DNA from: Macrostomum lignano
Lineage: Eukaryota
Length of the DNA stretch: 64,000 bases
Direction of reading: 5' to 3'
NCBI GenBank assembly: GCA_002269645.1
Contig: NIVC01000293.1
Location: 511,307-575,306, forward strand
The position numbers and the translations under genes were made by a program. Below, piece by piece: positions 49,431 to 62,789 of the stretch (the first letter of the stretch is position 1; each line of letters opens with the position of its first letter). The notes beneath the pieces were generated by a model. It did not search any database, had not been told where the DNA came from, and saw only the letters and a list, made by a program, of their open reading frames with translations.

Positions 49431-50237
49431 AAAAATAGTGGCAGCGTTATTAACTGACGCTGTTAAGAACTGCTAACTGAGCTTCTAAATTGTGATTTAG
49501 CTTGTAAATAGAAATGACTGATTATCAGTTGGAAAAAGGGTCACTGAAGTAAATATGATAAATTTATTTTTTTGAATTCAATAATAAATCATTTGTTCTT
49601 TTGATTCATGATTTCTTTAGAATGGAGTGAATTTTTTTGTCTTAAATAGGTTTTTAACTTGAGACTTTTTTGATCATCAGGTTATTATATCTGCTTATCT
49701 CGCTCTTTATTGATTATTATTATTTAACCTTTAGTTATTATTATTATTCAATTGGGTGATGGCCAGCATTTACATTGAGTCGCAATATTATAATTATATT
49801 TAACTGACTATTACAATTATATTGTCGACTTCTTGTCATGCCCTTGCTTATCAGATCAAATTAAAATGTTTGGTAATTATTTACGTATTGATAATGATTA
49901 ATTGCATCAATATAGCAGGTTATCAAAGATTTTGAAACACTGCGCAAACTTTCCTAACTGGCTGATTTGCTATTTTGACATAAATAAAAGTGACTTATAA
50001 TCACTTCATTCACATTCTTTCCCGCGTTATTACTTATTGCTACTTATATTAATATTATCCTGCAATGCTACTGTATGCCTTGGTTCCTGTCCATTCCAAT
50101 TGACAGTTTTTTTGTTCAGACAAAATATACCGATATGCCATGCTGCATTCTGCATTAGAAGTCCTGCAAATTCCCGTTTATCGAATAAGTTACTTGCTGA
50201 CTGCTGCTATCTGCTCTGCTTTTTATGGTCCATGATG

Positions 50238-51105
50238 CTCCCAGATCCTCAGTTGCTGGGCCAGCCTCCCAGATCCTCAGTTGCTGGGCCAGCCTCCCAG
50301 ATCCTCAGTTGCTGGGCCAGCCTTCAAGATCCTCAGTTGCTGGGCCAGCCTCCCAGATCCTCAGTTGCTGGGCCAGCCTCCCAGATCCTCAGTTGCTGGG
50401 CCAGCCTCCCAGATCCTCAGTTGCTGGGCCAGCCTTCAAGATCCTCAGTTGCTGGGCCAGCCTCCCAGATCCTCAGTTGCTGGGCCAGCCTCCCAGATCC
50501 TCAGTTGCTGGGTCAGCCTCCCAGAGTGTCAGTTGCTGGGCCAGCCTCCCAGAGTGTCAGTTGCTGGGCCAGCCTCCCAGATCCTCAGTTGTTGGACCAG
50601 CCTCCCAGATCCTTCGTTGCTGGACCAGCTTCCCAGATCCTCAGTTGCTGGGCCAGCCTTCAAGATTCTCAGTTGCTGGACCAGCCTCCCAGATCCTCAG
50701 TTGCTGGGCCAGCCTCCCAGATCCCCAGTTGCTGGGCCAGCTTCCCAGATCCTCGGTTGCTGGGCCAGCCTCCCAGATCCTCAGTTGCTGGGCCAGCCTC
50801 CCAGATCCTCAGTTGCTGGGCCAGCCTTCAAGATCCTCAGTTGCTGGGCCAGCCTCCCAGATCCTCAGTTGCTGGGCCAGCCTCCCAGATCCTCAGTTGC
50901 TGGGTCAGCCTCCCAGAGTGTCAGTTGCTGGGCCAGCCTCCCAGATCCTCAGTTGCTGGGCCAGCCTCCCAGATCCTTCGTTGCTGGACCAGCTTCCCAG
51001 ATCCTCAGTTGCTGGGCCAGCCTTCAAGATTCTCAGTTGCTGGACCAGCCTCCCAGATCCTCAGTTGCTGGGCCAGCCTCCCAGATCCTCAGTTGCTGGG
51101 CCAGC
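50238..51105. repeat. 28-bp minisatellite (CCAGATCCTCAGTTGCTGGGCCAGCCTC)n
   Basis: Direct tandem repeat upstream of FAM78. Confidence 0.95.
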
Positions 51106-51440
51106 CTTATGTGATTCTGCCTTTTTACCAGATATTTTAAATTTTATGTTTCCATATACTAAAAATTGGAATCTAAAATAGCCACTTTTTGCCATAGAAG
51201 TTGTCAGAAGTCAACTTTTGTGCAAACTAAAATAACAATAAATTTAGCACTGACAAAAAATAAATTTCTGTTGCAAAAGCTCAGTTAGTGAGACACTAAA
51301 GACATACAAAGTATATTAAACAACCTGTAAGCCATTCAACAGACTCCGTCATCCAATTCTGGCTAGTACATTATTTCAACATCGAACAAATTAATTTGTG
51401 TCTGTAAATAACCGAACGCAGACGAGAGATTTTCAGAAGC

Positions 51441-54400
51441 ATGTCAAAGTTTAACGTTGACAAGATAACAGTTAGTCAGACCCAGTGCTTTTTTGATAAC
51501 AAAACTGGTACGAAAGTGTATGAGAAGCCGAGTCTGATGCAGTATGAAAGTCAGCACTTTAAGTGCAAAGCGATTATTGAGTTGGAGGAGTGCGTTGCCG
51601 ACCGGAACTGGACAATCGGACTCATTCAGGTGAGATTCGAATTTTGTGATAATAAGTTACAGGTAATTGCGTGTCTGATTATTACCGTGTCTAACAGGTT
51701 TGATGGTGATGATTCCCGTGTCTAACAGGTGTAATGATTCCCGTGTCTAACAGGTGTAATGATTCCCGTGTCTAACAGGTTTGATGGTGATGATTCCCGT
51801 GTCTAACAGGTTTGATGGTGATGATTCCCGTGTCTAACAGGTTTGATGGTGATGATTCCCGTGTCTAACAGGTTTGATGGTGATGATTCCCGTGTCTAAC
51901 AGGTGTAATGATTCCCGTGTCTAACAGGTTTGATGGTGATGATTCCCGTGTCCAACAGGTTTGATGGTGATGATTCCCGTGTCTAACAGGTTTGATGGTA
52001 ATGATTCCCGTGTCTAACAGTTTGATGGTGATGATTCCCGTGTCTAACAGGTTTGATGGTGATGATTCCCGTGTCTAACAGGTTTGATGGTGATGATTCC
52101 CGTGTCTAACAGGTTTGATGGTGATGATTCCCGTGTCTAACAGGTTTGATGGTGATGATTCCCGTGTCTTACAGGTTTGATGGTGATGATTCTCGTGTCT
52201 GACAGGTTTGATGGTGATGATTTCCGTGTCTAACAGGTTTGATGGTGATGATTCCCGTGTCTAACAGTTTGATGGTGATGATTCCCGTGTCTAACAGGTT
52301 TGATGGTGATGATTCCCGTGTCTAACAGGTTTGATGGTGATGATTCCCGTGTCTAACAGTTTGATGGTGATGATTCCCGTGTCTAACAGGTTTGATGGTG
52401 ATTCCCGTGTCTAACAAGTTTGATGGTGATTCCCGTGTCTAACAGGTTTGATGGTGATTCCCGTGTCTAACAGGTTTGATGGTGATTCCCGTGTCTAACA
52501 GGTTTGATGATTCGCGTCTGAAGGCTGCCTACGGCTGTTCAGTCCAAGGACTGGGGGGTCGCCAAACACTCTCAATTACCCCAGCTAATGCTGGCACCCA
52601 TTTTACAGCTGGGTGAACTGAAGCAATGCAGAGTTAAGTGTCCTGCCTAAAGACACAGATTGTTGTTCCTAGTGGGTTAAGAATCGAACCCCTGACCTTT
52701 CAGTCGTGAGTCTGATGCCCTAACCACTAGGCTAGAACCCCGTGTCTAACCCCCTGTGTTATGTTACATTATTACTCAAGTAATGTGGGAGAAGTAGACT
52801 GAAGATTTTTCCTTCTATATTTATCCAGTTTTGTACTTTTACACTCCATCAGTGACAGAAGCTTCAGTGTGTCTAGCCGATTGATAAATTCTAACACTTG
52901 CAACCCGCCCGCAGGCCTGCGACAGCATGTACCTGGAGAACCGCTACGGCCGGCACGGCAGCTCATTCTGGGAGTTTCATCCCATCAAGTCCGGCCGGCA
53001 CCGGATGGTGAACGACAGCGACGGCCGGCAGTATCCTTTCTACAGCGTCACCTCCAGCAAGTGCGAGGTCACCCGGGGAGCCGTACACAACTGCGTAGTG
53101 AAGCTGCAGTACGCCGATCACTTCTATCCCACCGTGGTCTGGGAGCTGCCCTACTGCGGCGGGGCCAAGCTTACTGAGGTTATTCGCAGACAGGACTTCT
53201 GGATCTGGCTGGTGAGATCCTGGATGCCGGCGCATTACATCTCTCACCTCATATCTCACCCCATATCTCACCCTATATCTCACCCCATCTCTCACCCACT
53301 CTCTCACGCCATCTCTCACCCCATCTCTCACCCACTCTCTCACGCCATCTCTCACCCCATCTCTCACCCACTCTCTCAGGCCATCTTTCACCCCATCTCT
53401 CACCCACTCTCTCACGCCATCTCTCACCCCATCTCTCACCCACTCTCTCAGGCCATCTTTCACCCCATCTCTCACCTGATGTCTCAACGCTTATCTCTCA
53501 CCCATCTCTCACTCCATCTCTCATTTCATATCTCACCTTATCTCTCACCCATCTCTCACTCCATCTCTCATTTCATATCTCACCTTATCTCTCACCCATC
53601 TCTCACTCCATCTCTCATTTCATATCTCACGCCATCTCTCACCCCCTCTCATCCCATTTCGGACTCCATCTTTCACCTCATCTCTCACCCCATATCTCAT
53701 CCAGTCTCTCATTCCATCTCTCATCCCATCTCTCATCCCAACTCTCATCCCATCTCTCATCCCAACTCTCATCCCATCTCTCATCCCAACTTTCATCCCA
53801 TCTCTCATCCCAACTCTCATCCCAACTCTCATCCCATCTCTCATCCCAACTCTCATCCCATCTCTCATCCCAACTCTCATCCCATCTCTCATCCCAACTC
53901 TCATCCCATCTCTCATCCCAACTCTCATCCCATCTCTCATTCCATCTCTCATCCCAACTCTCATCCCATCTCTCATTCCATCTCTCATCCCAACTCTCAT
54001 CCCATCTCTCATTCCATCTCTCATCCCAACTCTCATCACATCTCTCATTTCATATCTCATCTTGTCTCCCACCCCATTTCTCACTCCATCTCCCACCCCA
54101 TCTCCCATTCAAAAATCTTATCGGATATCTCATTAATAGCTCCCGATCAAACATCCCATAGCACATCCCACCCCACAGGTGGCCGTGAGGCGCGCCGGCC
54201 ACTACAACCGAGGCAACGACGTGTTCCACGTTGGCAAAGACGAGTTGTACATCCTGCGCAGCATGCGCTGGCACTACTGCCTGCACATGCGGTTCGACCC
54301 AGATGAACGCGTCGGCAACCGCCTGCGCTCGGTGGCTGACCGTCAAGTCGAAGAGCCGAGCATCCTGTTGCACTCTGACGAGCCGGTGCCCCTGTCGGCT

Positions 54401-54874
54401 GTGCACCCGCCTCACTGCAACGCTGCCCAGTCGCTAATCTGGTATCCCAGAGTGCGCACCGGACACCACAAACCCGAACTGCTGGTGCCGCCTCGGCAGG
54501 CCATCGTGCCCTGGGACCGCTGGTCCGCAGAGATGCTGCCCGGACTGTCGCCTCGGCCGCAGCGGCCCCGAGAGCTGCGCGTCTGTCCGCTGTGGTCCAA
54601 GGACTCCGACATCGGCGTGGCGCCCGCAAAGGTTCAGCAGCCGCTGCCATCATCGGAGACATCGCCAGCCGCTCTGGCGGAGAACCCCCTGGCCGAACGT
54701 CTGCTTCGAGCTCACAAGAAGCGATGGCAATTCTTGAAAGGCGACGGTTTCGCTGGCAACAGTCGGGCAAAGAGTAAATTGTTGCTCAACTCCACAGATT
54801 CTTCCGGGTTGGCCATGTCCATCAAGCAGGCGGCTGCTGCTGCGGCGGCTGCTGCCGCTGCTTCCGTTGTCTGA
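51441..54874 (+). CDS. FAM78: FAM78A/B family protein, 3 exons, ~393 aa
   Basis: Exons 51441-51629, 52915-53211, 54179-54874, all phase 0. WTIGLIQAC, NDSDGRQYPFY, DHFYPTVVW, RRQDFWIWLVA and CNAAQSLIWYP align with FAM78 motifs (WVVGWIQAC, SDSDGVNYPWY, DNFYPSVTW). Confidence 0.85.
51690..52510. repeat. 31-bp minisatellite (AACAGGTTTGATGGTGATGATTCCCGTGTCT)n
   Basis: FAM78 intron 1; a SINE is inserted in the last unit. Confidence 0.95.
52512..52740 (-). mobile_element. tRNA-derived SINE with CORE-like central domain (FAM78 intron 1)
   Basis: Minus strand: A box TAGCCTAGTGG, B box GGTTCGATTC, then GTGTCTTTAGGCAGGACACTTAAC..CAGTTCACCCAGCTGTAAAATGGGTGCC. A near-identical body occurs at 23218-23360. 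Confidence 0.75.
53235..54110. repeat. 12-bp CT-rich minisatellite (CATCTCTCATCC)n
   Basis: FAM78 intron 2. Confidence 0.9.
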
Positions 54875-55289
54875 AGATGCTTCTGGGCCCAGGATGGACA
54901 GACGATTTTTGGTGCATCATTTTTTTTCTCAAGCTGAAGCAAAAAATAAGTTTCAATTGTTTGCTTCGTTCAATTTTATTTGCTGCATTTTTTCTTGAAT
55001 AAGTAATGGAAAACTGCTTTAAATGCTTGTTTTGCTGCGTCAGCTTTCACCGAAAGATATATATGTAATCATATTTTCCCGTTTAAATATTGACCATCAG
55101 CAAGTCAAACAGATTTGACCCTCTACTTGGGTTTGGGCCAAAATGTTCCGGTCTGATCTACAACTGATGGACTGGCGTGTTGCTTTCTCTGCGATTTTGT
55201 CTCCTCTTGTTTCTCTCCTTCCAGAGCAGTTCTTCAACTTTCATCCGCCTGCTCCTGCCCTCTGCCCGCTCTCCGCTCCCTGGTCTCTC

Positions 55290-55960
55290 CCTCTTCCTCC
55301 TTCTCTCCTCTCCCCATCTCCTCTTAATCTCTCTCTCCTTCCTTGCTCCCCCTCTCCCTCTCCCCCTCCTACTCTCCCTCTTCCCTCTCCCCCTCCTTCT
55401 CTCCCTTTCCCCTCTCCCCTCCTTCTCTCCCTCTCCCTTCTCCCCTCCTTCTCTCCCTCTCCCTTCTCCCCTCCTTCTCTCCCTCTCCCTTCTCCCCTCC
55501 TTCTCTTCCTCTCCTTTCCTTCTCTCCCTCTCCCCTCCTTCTCTCCCTCTCCCTTCTCCCCTCCTTCTCTTCCTCTCCTTTCCTTCTCTCCCTCTCCCCT
55601 CCTTCTCTCCCTCTCCCCTCTCCCCCTCCTTCTCTCCCTCTCCCTTCTCCCCTCCTTCTCTCCCTCTCCCTTCTCCCCTCCTTCTCTCCCTCTCCCTTCT
55701 CCCTCCTTCTCTTCCTCTCCTTTCCTTCTCTCCCTCTCCCCTCCTTCTCTCCCTCTCCCCTCTCCCCCTCCTTCTCTCCCTCTCCCTTCTCCCTCCTTCT
55801 CTCCCTCTCCCTTCTCCCCTCCTTCTCTTCCTCTCCTTTCCTTCTCTCCCTCTCCCCTCCTTCTCTCCCTCTCCCTCTCCCCCTCCTTTTCTCCCTCTCC
55901 TTCCCCCCTATCCCCTTTTTCCCTCTCTACCTCCCCCTCTCTCTCTCTCTCTCTACCTAC
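55290..55960. repeat. Polypyrimidine low-complexity repeat
   Basis: (CCTTCTCTCCCTCTCC..)n. Confidence 0.9.
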
Positions 55961-56746
55961 CTACCTATCTCCATCTTTTTCATTCACGAGTATACAACCT
56001 TTTTGCACTCATTCACCCCGCATCAGATCCAAGACGCCGATCAACTACAACGAGACGGCGCCTCCTGTATTTAAAGACATTTAATTTTTAATAATAATAA
56101 AGTCTGTAAAATGGCTGTAATAATGAATCACTTGCAGAGAGAGTTACACTGGGCAACTCGCAAGTGAAGCTTCCTTCTGTTCATTGTGAATTACAGAAGC
56201 AGCAAGCAGCAACCCCACTCCCACTCGCTAAACAATGACTCGGCATAATGGCAGGAACCAGTTTCGGGTGCGCGAAACCCGGCGCGAAACCCGGCACACA
56301 AGACAGTCGGGGATTAAGCGGCCGGGGGTTGTACGACAGACACAGACTGGGAAGTATAGGGCATGGCAATATAAATTTGAACAAACACGCACACAAAGCT
56401 TTTATAACTTTCTAACTCCAGATGCTAGCTATAATTAAAAGTCCCTGAGCTATACGAATCCATTTATAACCCAACCCCCCTCCACCTTTGCTGGTTTTGT
56501 GCCTGCACGCAGTTCCCTCTGACCGATTGGGTCGGGATCCGTTTTACTGTACTCAGAAGTGAGTATGCATGCATAACCGCGTATGAAACGCTTGATACTT
56601 TTTCAATTTTTTTTTCGCAATGAGGCCAATTAACTGAAAGTCGCATTTTAACAATTTGGTAAGTCTTGAATTCTTATAACAATTATAATTGTCTTTTCAA
56701 AAATTTAAACATAGTGCAGAAAAATACATTTCGGTAAGAGCGGAAT

Positions 56747-57305
56747 ATGAATCTGATGGCGCCAAAATGAATCTGACGGCGCCAAATGAATCTGATGGCG
56801 CCAAAATGAATCTGACGGCGCCAAAATGAATCTGATGGCGCCAAAACGAATCTGATGGCGCCAAAATGAATCTGATGGCGCCAAAATGAATCAGATGGCG
56901 CCAAAATGAATCTGATGACGCCAAAATGAATTAGATGGCGCCAAACTGAATCAGATGGCGCCAAAATGACTCTGATGGCGCCAAAATGATTCTGATGGCG
57001 CCAAAAGGAATCTGATGGCGCCAAAATGAATCTGGTGGCGCCAAAATGAATTAGATGGCGCCAAAATAAATCAGATGGCGCCAAAATGAATTAGAATGGC
57101 GCCAAACTGAATCAGATGGCGCCAAAATGACTCTGATGGCGCCAAAATGAATTAGATAGCGCCGAAATGAATCAGATGGCGCCAAAAAATCAGATGGCGC
57201 CAGAACTAATTAGAAAGGCGTCAAAATGAAATCTGATGGCGCCAAAATGAATCAGATGGCGCCAAAACGAATTAGAATGGCGTCAAAATGAGTTTAAGGC
57301 GCCAA
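56747..57305. repeat. 20-bp minisatellite (AATCTGATGGCGCCAAAATG)n
   Basis: Direct tandem repeat. Confidence 0.9.
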
Positions 57306-57791
57306 AAACATGTCTTAGGTAGTGGTGATTAAGAAAGCATTGACTCACCAGCATGCATAATCTACTCTCTACAGATTTAAACTCACACCGTATCCCCTGT
57401 CTGCGCTGTAGAAATACGAATAAAGAAGTTAACACGCTAAGTAAACACAGCAAGCCATGCACAGATTTGCGTTTTCGTCCTTTCGATCAAAAAAATCTGT
57501 TCTAAAAATCTGCTTCAGTTCCAGTGTTTCACAGTTCCTGCAGCTGCGACCGCTTATTCTAGATTAGCTGAGTTCGGGTGAGTCAACACTTACAGCTGAG
57601 TGGCTTTTGGACTGCAATAAGCTCTCTGCAGTACAGTTCTAGGCACCGGATGTTGGACAGTCCCAGCAGTGCTTGCGAGTTAACTGGCAAAATTGCCGAG
57701 TAGAATGCAGAACTTTATTCTATGTGAAACCGCTTGATAGGGATGAAAAAAATATTGTCGGGTTTTGTGGTTAAAATTTTGGATACGGACC

Positions 57792-58376
<585 letters not shown>

Positions 58377-58392
58377 CATCCGTAAACACCAT

Positions 58393-58751
58393 TTTTTATT
58401 AGAGACAGCGGGGTTGTGTGCACCCTGGCGCACTTTAAGCGACACGCACACAACCGGCGAGAGGCATTACTGCCCATTCCGCCGACTCCCCTGAGCAGGC
58501 ATACAAGCGCGCGGATACGTACGCAGGCACACACTCACACAGGAGTGTACAGCGGCCCTGATTTTATAATATCGTTAGGCATGAACACTTCACTGCGCCT
58601 TGGGGGGTTGGCTCTCAAGGCCGTTAATTGCACGAGCAGAGCCAAGCCGAGATTCCAATTCAGCCCCAAATTAATGTGACTGCACTTGGAATCGAGCCTG
58701 GGTCGCTGGCACACCAGAGCAGCTGCGCTACCGCTGGGCTACGGCCCCCCA
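58393..58751 (-). mobile_element. Full-length tRNA-derived SINE with 11-bp TSD
   Basis: Minus-strand head with A box TAGCCCAGCGG and B box GGCTCGATTCC, 3' end TAATAAAAA, flanked by the direct repeat GTAAACACCAT at 58382-58392 and 58752-58762. Confidence 0.75.
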
Positions 58752-58815
58752 GTAAACACCATAACATAACATCAGTAAAACCATAACATTGCAGAGGTTA
58801 TAATCCACCGTCTCT

Positions 58816-59218
58816 ATGGCAACCAGAAGCGAATCCTCAACATCTCAGCCTCGACTCAGCGTCTGCCGCCGCCTTCTGTTCGGTCTGGCGAGCCCCCCGC
58901 TCCAGCTGACCCAGAACGCCATCGGGCTGTACCTGAACCTCTTCCTGCTCGAGACCGCCCGGCTGCGGCCATCCTGATATCCGCCGTCATGTTCAGCGGC
59001 CGGATTGTTGACGCGGTCAGCGACCCGCTGATTGGCTTCGGGGTGTCCCGGACTCGAACCCGGCTGGGCAAGTGCCGGCCCTGGCTGCTGGCGCGGCGCC
59101 GCTCAGCGCCCTGGCGTTCCTGCTGCTCTGGCTGCCGCCGAGAGACTCGTGGGGCGACTCGGGCAGACTGGCCTACTTTCTGCCCGCCTATGTGGCCTTC
59201 TCGCTGGCCATTTCGGTG

Positions 59219-59285
<67 letters not shown>

Positions 59286-59310
59286 AAGACAGACAGACAG
59301 ACAGACAGAC

Positions 59311-59344
<34 letters not shown>

Positions 59345-59402
59345 GCAGACAGACAGACACTCAGACAGACAGACAGGCAGACAGACAGACAGACAGACAG
59401 GC

Positions 59403-59443
<41 letters not shown>

Positions 59444-59446
59444 GGC

Positions 59447-59536
<90 letters not shown>

Positions 59537-59550
59537 ACAGACAGACAGGC

Positions 59551-59595
<45 letters not shown>

Positions 59596-59598
59596 GGC

Positions 59599-59651
<53 letters not shown>

Positions 59652-59654
59652 GGC

Positions 59655-59723
<69 letters not shown>

Positions 59724-59726
59724 GGC

Positions 59727-59791
<65 letters not shown>

Positions 59792-62723
59792 GGCAGGCAG
59801 GCAGGCAGGCAGGCAGACAGACAGACAGAATGTTGCCAACCCTCTCCTCCCATCACAATCCGCAGTGCTACTACATTCCGTACACCACACTGACGATACG
59901 AATTTCGAGCTGCCCGGCAGACCGTGACAGCGCCACAGCCTATCGAATGGCATTCGAGATGCTTGGCATCTTGCTTGGTCCCTGTTTTTCACTTTTATAG
60001 TGGAGCCAAAAAGAACTTCGGTGGTGTGCTCTCAGCTGGAATGGGCGAACAACTCTACTCGAGGCTTTGCTGGCAATAATTCTACAAGAGAAGGCGTTGA
60101 TGAGGAACAGGTTGGGACGGATGCTGCATGTCACTATCCCAATGTCCGTTGCGTACTGCATATCCATTGCATATGATATCGTCTCCAGCCCATATATTAT
60201 ACCTATCCCACGTATATATCCATCACATCTATCCGTTGACTCTATTATATATTCATCCGTGATTATATAATAGTCTATGTCTGAAATCTATTCCAGATCT
60301 ACTTCAGTTCTATCCGATATCTACGTCACATCTATCTCACATCTATCTCACATCAAGCTCACGTCGATTTCCTATCTATCCCACATCTATCCTAAATTTA
60401 TCCCACATCCATCTTACGTCTATTCCCACATCTATCCCAAGTCTATCCCAGGTCTAACTCACGTCTATATCGCATCTATTTCAAGTTAATCACACATTAA
60501 TACAACATCTATCCCAAATTGTATCCCATATCTATCACAAGAACAGCCGCAACCCGTCACCGCACCAGGCTGCCTATTTGACTTCAGCCGCAGCGGTCTC
60601 AGCCCTGGTGCTGCTCTGCGGCATTGCTGGCTTCTTTGGCATTAGCGAACTGCCGGACAATGTCAACAGTAACAACAAAGGTCATCAACTGGAAGCCACG
60701 CAGACCTCTAGCCGTAACGATGAGCTTAAAGTTAAAAACTCAATTCGAACTTACTTAGTACAGTGCAAGCGGGTAGTCACTTATCGACCGTTTCTAAGGG
60801 CAACCGTCATCTTCATCACGCTGAGCCTGTCGTGGCATGTAAGTTTGATTGAAGAGAATTCTCATTTCATATGATAAACTGACTGATGACACAATCGAGT
60901 AGACGTATTTTGAAAATGAGGTATTGCAAATGTGTCAGGGGTAAAGGGGTATTCAGTGGGGTATTCAGTGGGGTATTAAACATATGATAGTCAGAGGGTA
61001 AAACACAGGATAGTTTCGTCAGTGGGTATTAAACACAGGAGAGTCAGTGGGTATTAAACACAGGATAGTCAGTGGGTATTAAACACAGGATAGTCAGTGG
61101 GTATTAAACACAGGAAAGTCAGTGGGTATTAAACACAGGATAGTCAGTGGGTATTAAACACAGGATAGTCAGTGGGTATTAAACACAGGAAAGTCAGTGG
61201 GTATTAAACACAGGATAGTCAGTGGGTATTAAACACAGGAAAGTCAGTGGGTATTATACACAGGATAGTCAGTGGGTATTATACACAGGATAGTCAGTGG
61301 GTATTAAACACAGGATAGTCAGTGGGTATTAAACACAGGAGAGTCAGTGGGGTATAGATATAATATATGTCAGGGTAATATGACTTTATCTGGTTTTTTA
61401 AATTGAGCTATTTAACAACACCTGTCCCCAGATATTCCAAGCCATATCGATTCTCTACGTGACTCACGTGATGCAGCTGGGCAGTCACGTGAGGTTCTGC
61501 ACCCTCACCTACCTGCTGGTGGCTCTGACGGCCACGCCCGGTTGGCACCTGTTTTCCTGTCGGTTTGGAAAGAAACTTTCCCTGCAAATTGGCAGTGTGG
61601 TGAGTGAATATTTATCAATAGTTCTCGATGAAAGCTTCGTGTAAATGTACTTTTAATTTACGGTAGAAATTTCATTCAGGGTACAGCGGCCTGCTGTCTA
61701 CTTGCTGGCCTGATGCCAGGTGGCATTGTGCCCCTGTTCTACTTCATGGTCACCGCCGCCGGAGTTCTTGGCGCCAACGCACTACTGCTCCCCTGGGCCA
61801 GCTTGCCGGATGTGATACAGGTAGTTTTGGTTATCTAACAGCTTGACAGGGATCTCTAATAGCTTGACAGGGATCTCTAACAGCTTGACAGGGATATCTA
61901 ACAGCTTGACAGGGATCTCTAACAGCTTGACAGGGATCTCTAACAGCTTGACAGGGATCTCTAATAGCTTGACAGGGATCTCTAACAGCTTGACAGGGAT
62001 ATCTAACAGCTTGACAGGGATCTCTAACAGCTTGACAGGGATCTCTAACAGCTTGACAGGGATCTCTAACAGCTTGACAGGGATCTCTAACAGCTTGACA
62101 GGGATCTCTAATAGCTTGACAGGGATCTCTAACAGCTTGACAGGGATCTCTAACAGCTTGACAGGGATATCTAACAGCTTGACAGGGATCTCTAACAGCT
62201 TGACAGGGATCTGTAACAGCTTGACAGGGATCTCTAACAGCTTGACAGGGATCTCTAACAGCTTGACAGGGATCTATAACAGCTTCATTGGGATCTCTAA
62301 TCACTTTTCTCCCCCAGGAAGCATACTAATTTCTTGAATAAAACTCGTCCATTCCAACAGGCATTCTACCGAGACCACGGCATCCGCCTTGAAACCGTGT
62401 TCTACTCAACGTTCACATTTTTCAACAAGTGTGCAGTCAGCTTAAGCCTGGCAGGCTTGAATCTCGCGCTGGAACTTGCCGGTTATGACCGATTCTCCTG
62501 CGGGCAACCGGACGGCTTGAAGATTGCTCTTCGAGGTCTGCTGCTGGCGCCTCTGCCCTGCTGTGCCTGCGGTGTGTACTGTTCCTGGAAGCTGCCAGGA
62601 GTTGATGCAGCTCAACCTGTGGAGGCGGCGCCTGCGGAAATGGACTTGCCGGAGTTGGGGAAGTTTAAAGTCGAACTTGATGATGGCAAAGATGCTGAAT
62701 GCAATGATAATCTGCAAGTTTAA
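58816..62723 (+). CDS. MFSD2: MFSD2A/B-like Na+-dependent MFS (GPH family) lipid transporter, 6 exons; three apparent 1-nt deletions in exons 1-2
   Basis: Exons ~58816-59215, 59866-60110, 60569-60838, 61432-61599, 61680-61820, 62361-62723. Motifs [48 protein letters not shown] and [10 protein letters not shown]. Frameshifts near 58974, 59091 and 59979. Confidence 0.82.
59219..59828. repeat. (GACA)n microsatellite, MFSD2 intron 1
   Basis: Begins directly at the GTGAG donor. Confidence 0.95.
60950..61352. repeat. 25-bp minisatellite (GTCAGTGGGTATTAAACACAGGATA)n
   Basis: MFSD2 intron 3. Confidence 0.92.
61833..62300. repeat. 21-bp minisatellite (TAACAGCTTGACAGGGATCTC)n
   Basis: MFSD2 intron 5. 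Confidence 0.95.
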
Positions 62724-62789
62724 CTCTGGACTCTAACCTTTTGTTTATTTACGAGTAGATTAAGTGATTGATATGCGATTTCAACAGAC

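Noticed and set aside
52927-54306. 459-aa read-through ORF with HPIS repeats
   Set aside because: FAM78 exon 2 running into a stop-free 12-bp intronic repeat; the 967-nt intron is not frame-preserving, and the spliced form matches FAM78.
55143-56091. 300-aa Pro/Ser/Leu ORFs
   Set aside because: Mostly polypyrimidine low-complexity sequence; the flanking unique parts show no recognisable domain.
56270-56289. Two GCGCGAAA E2F-like sites
   Set aside because: Arises from a 12-bp local duplication; no linked TSS can be shown from sequence alone.
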